The position numbers and the translations under genes are program-made. A stretch of DNA of 62,050 bases, the filler included, from Diploschistes diacapsis (taxonomy: Eukaryota): NCBI GenBank assembly GCA_023645945.1. It is 9 parts of 9 records of this genome, joined end to end, with 100 filler letters (N's around TTAATTAATTAA, not from the genome) between each part and the next. Parts side by side here need not be neighbours in the genome. Positions count along the whole stretch, not along the records: positions 1 to 26,778 come from JALAIB010000172.1; 8 more parts are not named here. One strand, given 5' to 3'. Under the pieces are notes generated by a model. The model was given only the letters and a program-made list of their open reading frames with translations. It searched no databases and had not been told where the DNA came from. Positions 1-11,398 of this stretch are shown here, one piece after another; positions within the stretch are counted from its first letter, which is position 1; each line of letters opens with the position of its first letter.

Positions 1-37
1 GGTCCGAATGATCATTTATAAGTACAATAGGTCAACT

Positions 38-496
38 TGTTATGATCTCTATCTATACAAGGTATACACGAGTAAGATCAAGGTGGGTTTGGTTTCTGTT
101 AGAAAAGGAATATAATAAAAAAAGAAGATAGAACAGTTATAGATCTTAGATTGTCTTTAGAAAGAAAGTTTTTTAAATAATAAAAATAACGAATATAAAT
201 TGATCCCGAATAATCGTTAAGGATGTTTATAAAAATAAACACGTCTTTTTTCACAAAGATAAAGTCGTGTTTATATATAATTAGCTCGCTCGCCGCTTAT
301 TATAAACTTAACGAACGGTATTTTCGAGACTCGTCGTTTATAAGAATAAACGCGATTATCGAGCGGTGGCGAAAGCTTACTCGCCGTTCACGAGAATGAG
401 CGCGAGCAGTGAGCACATCACGTGACCTCTGGTCTCGTGACTGACCTATATACAATAAAGCTGGGACGTGTTAAGTCTAGTACTTGGATCGTAACA
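38..496 (-). mobile_element. LTR of an LTR retrotransposon (RIP-mutated), same family as 26925-27377 and 27378-27741
   Basis: Termini TGTTATGATC (38-47) and GATCGTAACA (487-496) are inverted repeats with TG...CA ends. 38-245 is the reverse complement of ~27170-27377, apart from mostly transition differences. Orientation is taken from the polypurine tract next to the 26925 copy. Confidence 0.8.
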
Positions 497-1160
497 CGAT
501 AGAGCGTCTAAACTCTTTATAAAATCGATATAAGGAATAATTATTATTCCGGTTTTAATGTTGTTATTACGATATGAAAGATATATAGACCGTATTTTAG
601 TATTTCGACTGATGGCTTATTTAAAGAACTATTTTTTAATAAAAATTCAAATTTGTCTTATACGCGATCTTATGGTTCGTTAATTTTCTTTTATATCATA
701 AAAGGTGATGTCGAAAGCGTTCGTAATGTATTAAAAAAGCACGAAGCTAATATATAGGATTATAACCCGTATTGTCTGGGTCTTTTATAGGCTGGCCGTT
801 CTGTGCCACTAACACTAACACTAACACCGCAGCCAAAATTTTCTCGACACTGACACTAACACTAACACTACACTACAGTAAACGCATGGACACGGACACC
901 GCAGCTAAAAAATCTAAAACACTGATACTGACACTGCCGGTGTCCGTGACACGGACACTGTAGTGTCAGTGTCAGTGACGGCCAGCCTAGTTTATACCAG
1001 AACTAATTATTAAAGAAGAGGAAGGAGTAAGAAGGGCAAAATCCCCCTAAATACTAATCAGCCAAGATCTTAAACGTGATTTTTAATATCCCGAATACGC
1101 TCTATTAATTTAATTTTATAATTATTTCTCTTTTTCCTACTCTTGTTCTCCGGTGTGACA
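497..1160. repeat. AT-rich, RIP-like degenerate repeat region flanking the Starship-like element
   Basis: TpA-rich and CpA-poor with retained CpG, and no credible ORF. It ends near TGTGACA (~1154-1160), which could be another LTR end. Confidence 0.5.
790..987. mobile_element. MITE (~200 bp) with terminal inverted repeats and internal ACACT(A/G) hexamer arrays
   Basis: TA-GGCTGGCCGT (788-799) and ACGGCCAGCC-TA (978-989) are exact reverse complements. Subterminal CACTAACACTAACACTA on the left mirrors TAGTGTCAGTGTCAGTG on the right. Confidence 0.75.
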
Positions 1161-1410
1161 AGCCCTTGTTCTTAGTAATGGCCGGTTGGTTTCCATATTG
1201 ACTTCGTTAATACTTGGACAAGGGTCGGAAGCCAGGCCTGGTCAACCTGGAGTCTAGAATCGGGATGCTTGGTGTGTCCAAAATCAGGATGCGTGGGTGT
1301 CCAGAAGCGAGAATTTATGAAAAAGGTAGGCAAGCATAGTCTAGGGAGGCTTGCTGCGTCTTTGTCCTTAGTCTATACGTTGCAAACATCTAATATGCCT
1401 TCCGTTATGC

Positions 1411-1590
1411 TGCTCCAAGGGGCCACTCCTTATCCGAGTCTTGCTACTTCTTGTCTCTTTGTATCGATCGTCAATTGCTCCCTAGAAGCCCAACACCTTA
1501 TTCGGGTTCTATTACTTTGTGTTTTCCTTCTCACCGATGGTCAACTGCTCCCTAAAGGGCTATCTCCTTATTCGAGATCTATAGCTCCTG
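1411..1590 (+). repeat. Three imperfect ~65-70 bp direct repeats upstream of the recombinase
   Basis: TGCTCCAAGGGGCCACTCCTTATCCGAG (1411), TGCTCCCTAGAAGCCCAACACCTTATTCGGG (1476) and TGCTCCCTAAAGGGCTATCTCCTTATTCGAG (1546). The last two are preceded by CGAT(C/G)GTCAA. Confidence 0.6.
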
Positions 1591-1676
1591 TCTCTCTTCT
1601 TCTCTACCCTTTACTTTCTCTTTCATTACTTATCTCGCTACCTGCCTGCTTTACTTTCCACTCTCGTTATATTTAG

Positions 1677-4271
1677 GATGCCAGGAAGACTTCTATTGAG
1701 GAATTCTACGAACGAGCACGAAAGAATGGCGCTGAAATAGATACCGGTATTGTCAATAGTGATGAGCTTCTAAGAGACATTGAGCCGTGTACAAAGAGGG
1801 TATATGAGCGTGCGATGAATCTATGGAATGGGTGAGCTCTAAAGATGGCTGATAGAGGAGTTATTCTTGTTCAATGCCGCTGACTTGATAGGTACGCAAA
1901 AGAGCACCCTTATGCGAACGCCAACGATATCGAGTCTTCAAAGGGCTTTGCACGATCTATGGCCTACGGAATAGAAGGGCTGCATGATGGTCCGAAGGCA
2001 GCCTTGGAAACTGTTCTTACCTATTTTCGAAACTTTGTAGCTGCACGTGCTCGAGCGAAAGATCCGCTACCTAAAGCTACCTATGTTTGCATTAGGAATG
2101 TAAGTTGTGATATAGTAACTCGATATATCCGTCTATAGAAAAATTAGAAACGTCTAATCTATTTAATAGTTTATCAAAGGTCCTCTGAGGAAAGAGATTG
2201 GTCTTGCGATAAAAAAGCGGAAGAGGAGATACTGTACCCGAAACCATTTTCAACGTCTCGGGACGCAGCTCTGATTAAGAGACTGGAAGATCTATAAAAG
2301 TCCTGGAATAAGAATAGACAGATGGGGCGAGATTCAATTGAATATATTCTGCGTAGCAAGAATCAGTGAATTTATAGAATCTACAGCTCGTGCCGGTTCT
2401 AACCGAGGATTGCGTTATCTTGTAAGTCCTAATATTAAAGAAATACAATCTACGCTCTACTGATCTATTATCAATTAGGAAATTCTCTTTGGAGTTTTTC
2501 GAAATGAGTATGGGACGACTGAGTTTGGCATTCAGGTGGTGCGAGACGCAAAAGGCATGACAAATTCTCCAGATAAAAGGTCAGTGTTCCCAACACTTCC
2601 AATATATTGTAAAGAGTACAGTGTCTAATTCTATAGTAGGCCAGAGCACTCCTTACATGAGGGCTTGGAGCCGGTACCGTTGATCTGTGATCCAATCTTT
2701 ACGGTACTCACGAAAGCTTTAGGGGATAAGGTATTCAGAGATTACTTTAGTGCAGAAGAACTCTTTGAGATCGAGATAGAAGCTGATGAGATGCGCCGGA
2801 TTGGATTCAGAGCTGAGGTGCTCGATAAGCCATTCTTCGAAAGTTTAGATGGCAATACTCAAAAAGCTGGCGCGGTCGGTAATGATATAAGAGATCTAGG
2901 TCATCGTGCAGGATATGTCAGACCCCCAGCCATGCAAGACTTCAGAGCGGAGGTTATGTTTCCCGGCGGTATGTTGTTGCTGTGGTCCATACTATAGGCT
3001 GATGATTTTTAACTAACGGCTAAAGACCGCAACTATTCATCTGCCCAAACTAAAAAAATGGCTGGGCATCGAGACGAGCAAACCTACGACAGGTACTATG
3101 CACCAAACAATAGTGGTGTTGACGGCCAAAATCTGTACGGAGAAGGAAAACTACGCACAGTTGTCAGCGACCGATTCCGAGGAGAGACTATAACTCACAA
3201 TCCCGAACTCTGGCAGTCGCTACCTGCGGAAAAACAAGAACAAGTCGAAAGGTCTCCAGAGTTCATCGCCATTGAACAGCAGTTAGAGGACCTAGCCGCA
3301 GACGGTAACCTTGCAATCGGTGACGCCAAGGAGCTTCGGAAAATGTTAAGTATTCAGAAGAGAAAATTGGGCAAAGATGCCCTTCGCGAGTTTCAAAAGA
3401 AACAATCGAACAAAATCCTCCTATAGGGAAGTTGTAGCGAATCAATAGGACGTCATCGGACTACATTCTCGCGTACTCGACATCTTATGCCGGAGCGCAG
3501 TTTTCTAGCCGATAACCTATTCCGTGTTGCTCCTCTCCACAGCGAGATAGGTCGGGAGGTTCTTGACAACATGATAGCGCTCTACAAGCAGGAGAACGAA
3601 GTTGGGCACTGTCCGGGCTTAGAGCTAGATAAGTGCAGCTGCGCCAAGCCTTTCGAATCATTTCAGGTGCTGAAGTTCCATTTTCAGGATGTCCATGGCT
3701 ACAAGCTTCCCAGGCGGAAGAGAAAAGGTCTAACAAACTCTAAGCGACCTCGGCTTTGCCGCTCCCTTCTCGAAGCGGGCACTAAATTCGAGACGCACTT
3801 CTTCATCAATGAGACGGAGAAGCTTCCGACATCCAGACTGTGTCTCCCTATATGCTTTTGAAAGTCTCTGAAGACGTTCCGCCCGTTCTACCAGATATAC
3901 TAAACTTACCGGACCTAACAGAGTCAACTTATAGTGGCTCAGCAACACCGGATATTGATGAATTACAGAGACAAGAAGGAAATTTAACCAGCCATGATTA
4001 CGAAGTGCCTGATCTATTCTCCCAGTTTATTCGGTCGTCTTCTCCGTGCATTCGAACGAAGGATGGCAGCGAGATCAGCCAAGCTGTGTCCTCTTCTGTC
4101 AGGTGTCTGCTCCTAAGAGAGACCAGCTCGACCGAAGCGGTTGACCGCAAAGTGGTTAACAGTAATAGCGAGTCAGCCAAGGCTGCACAATCTCGCATCA
4201 TGCTTCCTATGAAGCCGCAGAAAACCAAGCCTAGAATTATACTTCGAATAGGCCCTCGGAAGACTGCCTAA
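1677..4271 (+). pseudogene. DUF3435-family tyrosine recombinase (Starship captain), disrupted
   Basis: Exons 1677-1831, 1892-2099, 2170-2421, 2479-2579, 2640-2968 and 3026 onward, joined at GT-AG introns, give ARISEFIES, VFRNEYG..EFGIQVVRDAKGM, GHRAGY..QDFRAE, AGHRDEQTYDRYYAPNNSGVDGQ and ITHNPELWQSLPAEKQ. There are in-frame stops TGA 2272-2274 and TAG 3424-3426, a frame switch near 3840, and no clear start codon. Confidence 0.85.
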
Positions 4272-4973
4272 CACGCTGCACCTACGAGGTTTATCCCTGG
4301 GAGCGTCCTTGTTCGTTTACTAGACCAAGGGTCGGTCGAAGGTCTTTCCTCCAAATTATTATTCGCTTGTTTAAAGGGCGGAGCGGTGATGGCCGTTCTT
4401 TTACGGGAACTTGGCTCGTTGGAGTAGAGGTTGCAGTTCCAAGGGTAGATTGCCGCCTGACTCCACCTATATAAGCTTAATAATCCATAGGAAAAGCCAT
4501 ACTTCCTGTCCGGCCTTCACCAATATAGTTGTTCCATTTTTCAAGCATTGAAGCACGGTTGATCATCGTAGATTGTACCGACCACATAGAAGCGCCATAG
4601 GCTGAGGTTTTAAAATGGGTAAATTAGACTATACCTTCGGCATCTGCACTTGCAACTACCTGCGCCATGCTGCCGTTGAGCTGATCGAGCAACTGTGAGG
4701 TGGCGTATCCTCAGGACGCACAGTGCAGCTTTGGACCACCCACGCAACATCTTATCCAATCATGCTGCATTTCAACAGCTGGCCATCCATCTGATTATGA
4801 AAGGCTGAGATTTGGTGAATCCCGTCTAGCGTCTAGCGTAGCGTGATTCTGGTCCAACAAACCCCGCATTAGGACCCCCCTATCACACCTTTGATAGTAT
4901 AAGAACACAAGACTGGACCGATTTCCCACCTCAGTCCTCTCCATCCTCTTCAAATTCATACCACTACGCCAAA

Positions 4974-6325
4974 ATGCTCGCAAGGAAGAGAGCTGCAAGA
5001 TTAGCTGCCCAGGCAGCCGAGCCAATCTCGTACGCGCACGACCTATTCATAAAGGGTGCTTTTTAATTTTCTGTACGAGCGCACTGATACATTATAGACC
5101 CTACTGTACTGACCCATGGACTCTGCTCATCGGCCCCAAGCGAACAAAATATACTGTTCTTTCCGGAATACTTTCCAAACACCCACAGTTCAAAGGAAAT
5201 CGTGAAATATCGCAATCGTCTTCGACAGTAGAATTGCCCGAAGTATGCGAGGATGCCGGTCACACACTTGTGCATTACCTCTATACCGGCACCTATGAAA
5301 CGCTTCAGTCAAAAGATACTGAAGATAAGACTGCTGAGCTTAGGAGAAATGCACACCTCTATGGAATTGCTACCAAGTATGATCTTACTGGTCTAAAATT
5401 ACTAGCCCAAACAGAAATTGAGAAGACGCAAGGTGTGGTGGCTATTATTGATTTTCTAAATATTGCCAAGGACGTTTTTCAAATCTTGCTGGAGAAGGAT
5501 GATTGGTTTACCCTCCACGTCAAGGCAGAGATAGAGCGCGCACTGGAGGTCGATGAAAGTTTGTTCAGGAACATAGGCTTCTTGGAACTTGTTGGAGAGG
5601 TCAAAAGCTTCGACAAGTTCCTTGTGGAAATTATGGGTAGGATCTATATCGACAATATTGCGGTCATGGCCCGAAAGACACAGAGTCCCACCAACACGTC
5701 CTCTAGCAAACTTGCCTTCACTCCCGAGAGTTCGAGCATTTCCGCTAATGAGAAGTCCTATGATGAGCCTCTGTTCGAGGGCTTAGCAGAGTCGACAACG
5801 CTTGAAAACCCAGCATTGTGCGATAAAACCCCTCTCGGCAAAGACTTTCACTATGAAACAATATCTTCTGAGGCAGTTGAATGTGAGGCAGTTGAATGTG
5901 AAGAGACTCCCCATGGAAGAGCGAGCAAGAAGGAAAAAAAGAAAGGGAAAAAAGGAAAAGGACGAACCTCAGAGTCACAGATTGAGCCGATACCTGTACC
6001 TGAGCCTGAGCCTGAGCCTGCTCATTACCCTCTTGAAGAGGCATGTGTCGAATGCCATACTGAGCCTGAGCCTGCTCATTACCCTCTTGAAGAGGCATGT
6101 GTCGAATGCCATACTGAGTCTGAGCCTGCTCATTACCCTCTTGAAGAGGCATGTGTCGAATGCCATACTGAGCCTAATGTTCAAGAAAATGTTTTATGTG
6201 TCGACCGGGCTGAGCATTTGCGAACCTATGACTCATGGGCACATTGCAGAAAGTGCTGCGCCATGATACATCAATTATCCCTTCGAATTCCACGCAATAT
6301 GGCCATCGACGAGCGACGATTTTGA
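4974..6325 (+). CDS. BTB/POZ-domain protein with acidic linker, three 18-aa repeats and a C-terminal Cys/His motif
   Basis: ATG 4974 and intron 5030-5097 join in frame to the 5234-6325 ORF. SPYCTDPWTLLIGP...VELPEVCEDAGHTLVHYLYTGTY...AHLYGIATKYDLTGLKLLA is typical of fungal BTB. The C-terminus reads C..RAEHL..W.HCRKC. Confidence 0.8.
6007..6174 (+). repeat. Near-perfect 54-bp tandem repeat x3 encoding EPEPAHYPLEEACVECHT
   Basis: Units 6007-6060, 6061-6114 and 6115-6168 are identical except for one C>T. Confidence 0.95.
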
Positions 6326-7128
6326 AGTGGTCGAGCCGAGTCTCGACGCGCGAGAATTGGACTTGTGAAGATCTGCTTCTGCCTAAGTGAAAGTTGTATA
6401 AACTGTGAATTGGTAGAAGAAATTTTGGTTTTTATAACGGTTAATGAAGATTAAAGTCTAGCTATCTAAATACGTGAATCCATCACATGTCTTCAATGCG
6501 AAAATTGTCAAGAAAACCTTTGTGAAATTATACTTTGTGACCACGTACAGCAGCGTTGGGCCTTGGCCCACCTATGACAGAGTGTATGAGCATGCCAGCG
6601 ATAAGGGGTTGGACATTTAATCCTGATCTTCTCCTATTTCATTTCATGTCCGGGATTTAGGACCGTGGCTATCTTTTTATTTCGCCTGACATGGGCGAAG
6701 GGACTCACTGCTTTACCTTTAGCTCACATTGAAGCAGCATGCACGCGTGAGCGCGGTCGCTGCATAAATACAGTATCATCTACTCTCCGTAAGCAAAGCC
6801 AAGCCGGTCCTACCACACGGCTATCAGTCCTATGGCAGGGCGCGTCTTTTTGTCTGGTCTCCTTTGGCGGATGCGATCTGCCCAGTATGCAGAAGGGAGA
6901 TATTGGCGGATGAGAAGCTTGAACCGCCAGCTCCGCATGCCACAGCAATCACGCTACTTCGATTGAGATGGATTATCATGAGCGGGATATGCTTGGACGC
7001 GATGCTGACGCGGGCTAACGGTTACAATATTTGGTTGACTGCTCAAGTCACTAAACACTCTCGGTTGGTAATAGAGAATTGAATTGAGTGAGAACGCAGC
7101 ACGAGGAAGAGGAAACATTGGCAGTTCC

Positions 7129-9119
7129 CTATTCAGCTCTGCCCCACTCGACATAACGCTCAGTATTCGTGAAATCAGACGCCAAATTCAGGCGAAACTC
7201 TTCTTCAGCGCCTTCCTGTTCTGGTTGAAGCTTCAATTTGGTAGGCCACTCCTCAATGACGGTATTGCTCTCCTTCATCCGAACGCACAGATCAGTGGAG
7301 ATTTGCTTAAAATTGTGGAATACCATATATCTAAAGAACGGTCAGCTTCAGGATAACAATTTCAGATCATTAGTATTTACCTCTCGAAATATATGTCCAG
7401 ATTAAGCGCTAAATCGCGCGCATCCCATATTCTCAATAAATCTGCATCGTTCATCGATGGGGGGGGAAACATCCGAGGAGACGGAAGGTACTTAGAGAGA
7501 AACTCTATGTCAGGCATTTCGTCCACTGAACTCCCCATCTTGACTGCCTCCTTGACTGCGTTAACAAAGAGGGTGATAAGAGTGGCATGCGGGTTCTGTC
7601 GTGGTGATTGTAGCAAGGGGGATAAGAGAGAAAGCGTATTGCGGATTCCAACATAGCCTCTATCGCAGATATTAGCTACCTTGCGGTAATTTAGCAGGCA
7701 TCTAGTCAATTGGGTACGAAGCATACCTCTATTCTGGAGTATGTGTTTCGCTCAAGATGCTGGGGCAATTCTTTCACATCCATATTATATAGAACAAAGC
7801 CAATTCGGATTTTCCCAAGTCGGTGTAGGAATCTTTTGAAAATGTCATGGAGATAGATGTACAATTTGCCGTACCAATCCCGTGGCGCAGGCGATGATAT
7901 ATGTTGAACATGCAAGATTGGCCATCCACTGGAAGGATCCGCCTTGTCATCCATAGGCCAGGTATTAGAAGTGTGGAAAAAGGTTCTGGGTAATTGAAAT
8001 TAGGATCGACTGAACAGATTTGAGGATACTCACGGGTTTGGTATGTGGAACCCTATGCGTGGATGTCCGAACGGGAGAAGTAAACCATCCTCTCTGAATC
8101 GCTGCTTCGCAATACGCATGAAAGGTGATGCATCTTTAAAGTACCATCGGTCCCGATAGTCCACCCTTTCAGGAGCAAGTGTCACAGCCGTGCGGGTCTG
8201 CGTGGCATCTTTAAAGGTCACATCGTCCGGTACATCTAAGAACTGGTGGAGTTGAAGCCAGTCCTTTTTCTTCAGTACGAGGCGAAGGGTTTGCCCGCCC
8301 GCAAATGCCCAGGTTTTGCCTAGTATAGTGTTCGGCGGCTTGTTGGCGATCTGGCTACACACTTCCATAATCAGTGGCTTCACACCATCCTGTAGCCGAG
8401 ACAGCAAACTTGAGGAAATTGAAGCAGAGTACCAAAGGTGAATCAACTCTTCTGCAGTGTCTGGTAATGCTGCCGTTCCCTTAGCATCACCGGTGCCTTG
8501 TGCAGTGAGGGCCAGAAGTAGCAAAAGGGTGTTTCGTGCTACCACGTCAAACTCTCGATCATTCAGCGTAATGTTGATCCGCTGGTTCGTCTCGTCTGGA
8601 AGGTCTGCAACTGTCTTCACGACATGGCGCAAGTCACCCGACGCTGTTTTTTGTTAGTATATGTAGCCCAACCGGATATGACACGGACCAGCGAAGAGCA
8701 ACTCGAGATCTTCTTGATAATGGATGCCTTCATTCTGCTCCAGCTTCAAAATATCCAAGGCTGGAGTATTTCCCCACAAGTATTTTTTGCCACCAAACAC
8801 GTTGTGCCAGTTCTTAGAAGCTGTGCCGGTCGCCCATGGCGGTTCGCGGCCTTCGCGATCCCATGCCGGACGCCAGTTGTCCTTACCCAGTGGAGATCTA
8901 CAGACCTTCCTGTGCTCTGGCCAATGAGCCTTTTGACAATCAAGTCCACAATACTGATTGCGATTGTCAGTGCATGTTTGCCAATCACGAGACAGGTGAA
9001 AGAGCGCTAACGACAACAAGCTTGCAGTTTCCGCACGCATTACTCCCCAGTCGCTCGCAGGGACACGTTCCCGGGATCCAATTAGCGCAAGTAGGTAGAA
9101 GAACTGAAATTGTACTCAT
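7129..9119 (-). CDS. MYND zinc-finger / DUF4470-like protein (multi-exon)
   Basis: ATG 9119 MSTISVLLPTCANW...ACGNCKLVV/YCGLDCQKAHWPEHRKVC (MYND), then KYLWGNTPALDILKL, LLFA/SGDLRHVVKTV, TLNDREFDVVARN, DGLLLPFGHPR, DKADPSSGW, NICDRGYVG, NPHATLITLFVNAV and EWPTKLKL. Exons are separated by GT-AG introns. Confidence 0.85.
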
Positions 9120-9739
9120 AGTAGTAATGTATACTAGTTATAGTATTATAGGAGGGTCAGTTAGTACAGCTCAACGAAAGAGTCACGGCATAAGCCTTTG
9201 AAAGGAAGCGTTAAAAGAAAAGCAGCTTTAGAATAAATAGTAGGAGAAAGTAAGTTACTGTTTGAAGGGTCAGTAGAAGATAGTTAGATGGGATATCAAG
9301 TCGAACGTCGGAAAATCTGCTTGAAGCTTTTCAAAATTAGTTTAGTTCAGCGATGGGGCTCAGAATTTGTAGGTAGCGTTGGCCTAGAGAAAATGCTTGG
9401 CTGTTCGATCCCGTGGTCGGGAGGATGACGAACAACGGGCAGCGACCCCCGCAAGTGGCTTTGATCCAAGGATGAACATCATTCCCTCGTTGCCAAGTAC
9501 AATTCTCAACGAGGAAATAACCGGTACCTGCGCTCGAGTGAGGAGCTTCTTCTGTTTGTCAAGATCCAAGACATATACGAGATATGCATACACAGGCTCT
9601 AACAAGCTAATATGCCCTTTTAGAATAGGCACCGCTCAGACTATGTTGGCTTGCTGCCTAGACTTAAACCAGCCTCGTCTCTCTTCTGCACGCTAGGAGG
9701 CCGTCTAGTATCTATATTCCCAATAATTATTCCGCATAA

Positions 9740-9826
9740 ATCATCTTTATATATTGTCGCTGCGAAGGACGGCTATAAGGCGATAGCGAAGCTGGTGCTT
9801 GAAATTGGTAACGCTAGGCCCAACCG
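9740..9826 (+). pseudogene. Isolated degenerate ankyrin repeat fragment
   Basis: SLYIVAAKDGYKAIAKLVLEIGNARPN resembles the consensus PL..AA..GH.AI.KLLL..G.A.PN, with His replaced by Tyr as a C>T transition would produce. Confidence 0.5.
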
Positions 9827-10031
9827 AGCGTTGTGTCCGTGGTGCATTATCACGTGAACCGACGAGCGACGTTTGCCGTGCGCCTAATTTAGACGTCGCA
9901 GAGGAATATCCATCACTCAGAGAGATCCATGCTAGTGTATGTTCACAACCCTTTTTAAAGGCTGCTGGAATTTACTAACAGTTAAGAAAAGATCTCATAT
10001 ACATTTAGACGGACTTTAGCACATTCTAAAG

Positions 10032-10700
10032 ATGTCCACAGCAAATTGTCCCGATAGTCTCCCTATTCCTGAAACTGGGGACTCTGTGGCGCTTCTCTGT
10101 TCAGAACTGATTCCTTTGGAAAGGGTAATTCGGGATAAAAAAAGCATTGCTGTCGCAACCAAGTTTGCTGCTGTTCCACTTCAGCAAAGGGACGCCACAA
10201 AGAACGCCGTCAAACAAATGAGCTCCGCTGAATCCCAGTGCTGGCAGGCATATGCCGAGAAACGCTTCCAACTACCGAAAATTGACTGGTCCTGTGATGT
10301 TGGTATCGTTCCTACTTCGACAAGGCCTCTCCGGGTGGCTCGACGGCGTGCGGAGGCTTTGAACTACCTTTACGAAACCGATCAGGCGACGCCAGGGCAC
10401 TCAGTCTGGTTTGTAGAAAAGCAGCTTCCATACCTTCCCTTGGTGAAAGCAATGGCGCGAGTGATTGGAGCAGAAAGAGACTTGCTAGGAGGCCACTGTA
10501 CCTTGAACGCAACACAAATGGCGGATTTGCAGACAATTAACAAAATTTTGTCAATATCTGGAAGCATCATTGAGACAAACAAGAAAGACGTCTTACCGCC
10601 AGGACTTGGGCAGGCACAGCAAGTATTAGGATGTCAGCGAGAGCAACTTCGATTATTGCTTAGAGGTGTGAAAGCCAAAAGACCATTGGATCCCCTCTAA
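10032..10700 (+). CDS. Hypothetical protein (222 aa), intronless, Starship cargo
   Basis: Uninterrupted ATG-started ORF with protein-like composition; no family recognised. Confidence 0.65.
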   Translation: MSTANCPDSLPIPETGDSVALLCSELIPLERVIRDKKSIAVATKFAAVPLQQRDATKNAVKQMSSAESQCWQAYAEKRFQLPKIDWSCDVGIVPTSTRPLRVARRRAEALNYLYETDQATPGHSVWFVEKQLPYLPLVKAMARVIGAERDLLGGHCTLNATQMADLQTINKILSISGSIIETNKKDVLPPGLGQAQQVLGCQREQLRLLLRGVKAKRPLDPL

Positions 10701-11398
10701 TTAATTGACAACTTCAACACTATAGATCTCTCGATAGTGGATAGGTGCGTACATAATGATCGATCGTGGATGCTCGCACGCCCTTAACTACGCAGCGCTC
10801 AAATTACCCAGCTAATTCTAGTCCTAGTACAAGAAAAGCGAGTCGTAGGTTTTTCTCAACTGTTCCAAGTGACAATGATTTGGAGAACTGCCCAGGCGCG
10901 GGTGCGTCGCAACGCGCGCTCATTCACTAAGGCTGCACGGCTCAGATACTGCCGTACTATGATTACCAGGAGCAATAAGGGCTTGATGGTGGAGCTGTGG
11001 TGAAGGGTCCTGCAATGTCACTGAAAGGAGGCTCCCTAGAAACTAGGCGACGAGGCATCGACGCAAACGTAATCTTCGGGTGAGAGACGCAGGGGTCCAG
11101 GGCGGCTAAAGCACAGAACTCATAGAATCAAGCAAATGCCCATATGTATGTGAAGCCCAGATTGCTATGATTTGGCTCGCCATGGTGGGCAACTGGCGAT
11201 CCTGGGGTGCATATTATGGGTACATTTTTACGATCATTTGGTGAATACTCAATACCATAAAACTATCAAATTTTATTAGCCTAAATACTCGTTGGGCGAC
11301 TCATGAAAAACCTTTGGCACGCAATACGTATCTTTTTATTTTAGACCATTCTCGACCACTTGCAACCCCAACAAAGCAGCAGTACAGAAAGCACATTT

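Noticed and set aside
772..963. 63-aa Thr/Leu-repeat ORF
   Set aside because: Translation of the MITE hexamer arrays.
1269..1676. 135-aa hydrophobic ORF upstream of the captain
   Set aside because: Non-ATG start and pyrimidine-rich promoter-like sequence built from direct repeats; unlikely to be coding.
4300..4668. Possible small spliced minus-strand gene convergent with the captain (ATG 4668)
   Set aside because: Intron-like signals exist, but no consistent open frame or recognisable domain could be assembled.
5745..6266. Alternative-frame repeat ORFs that look like RiPP precursors (e.g. MPLQEGNEQAQ repeats)
   Set aside because: Shadow frames of the 54-bp repeat in the BTB gene, with no signal peptide or Kex2 sites. 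The DUF3328 gene is on a different contig.
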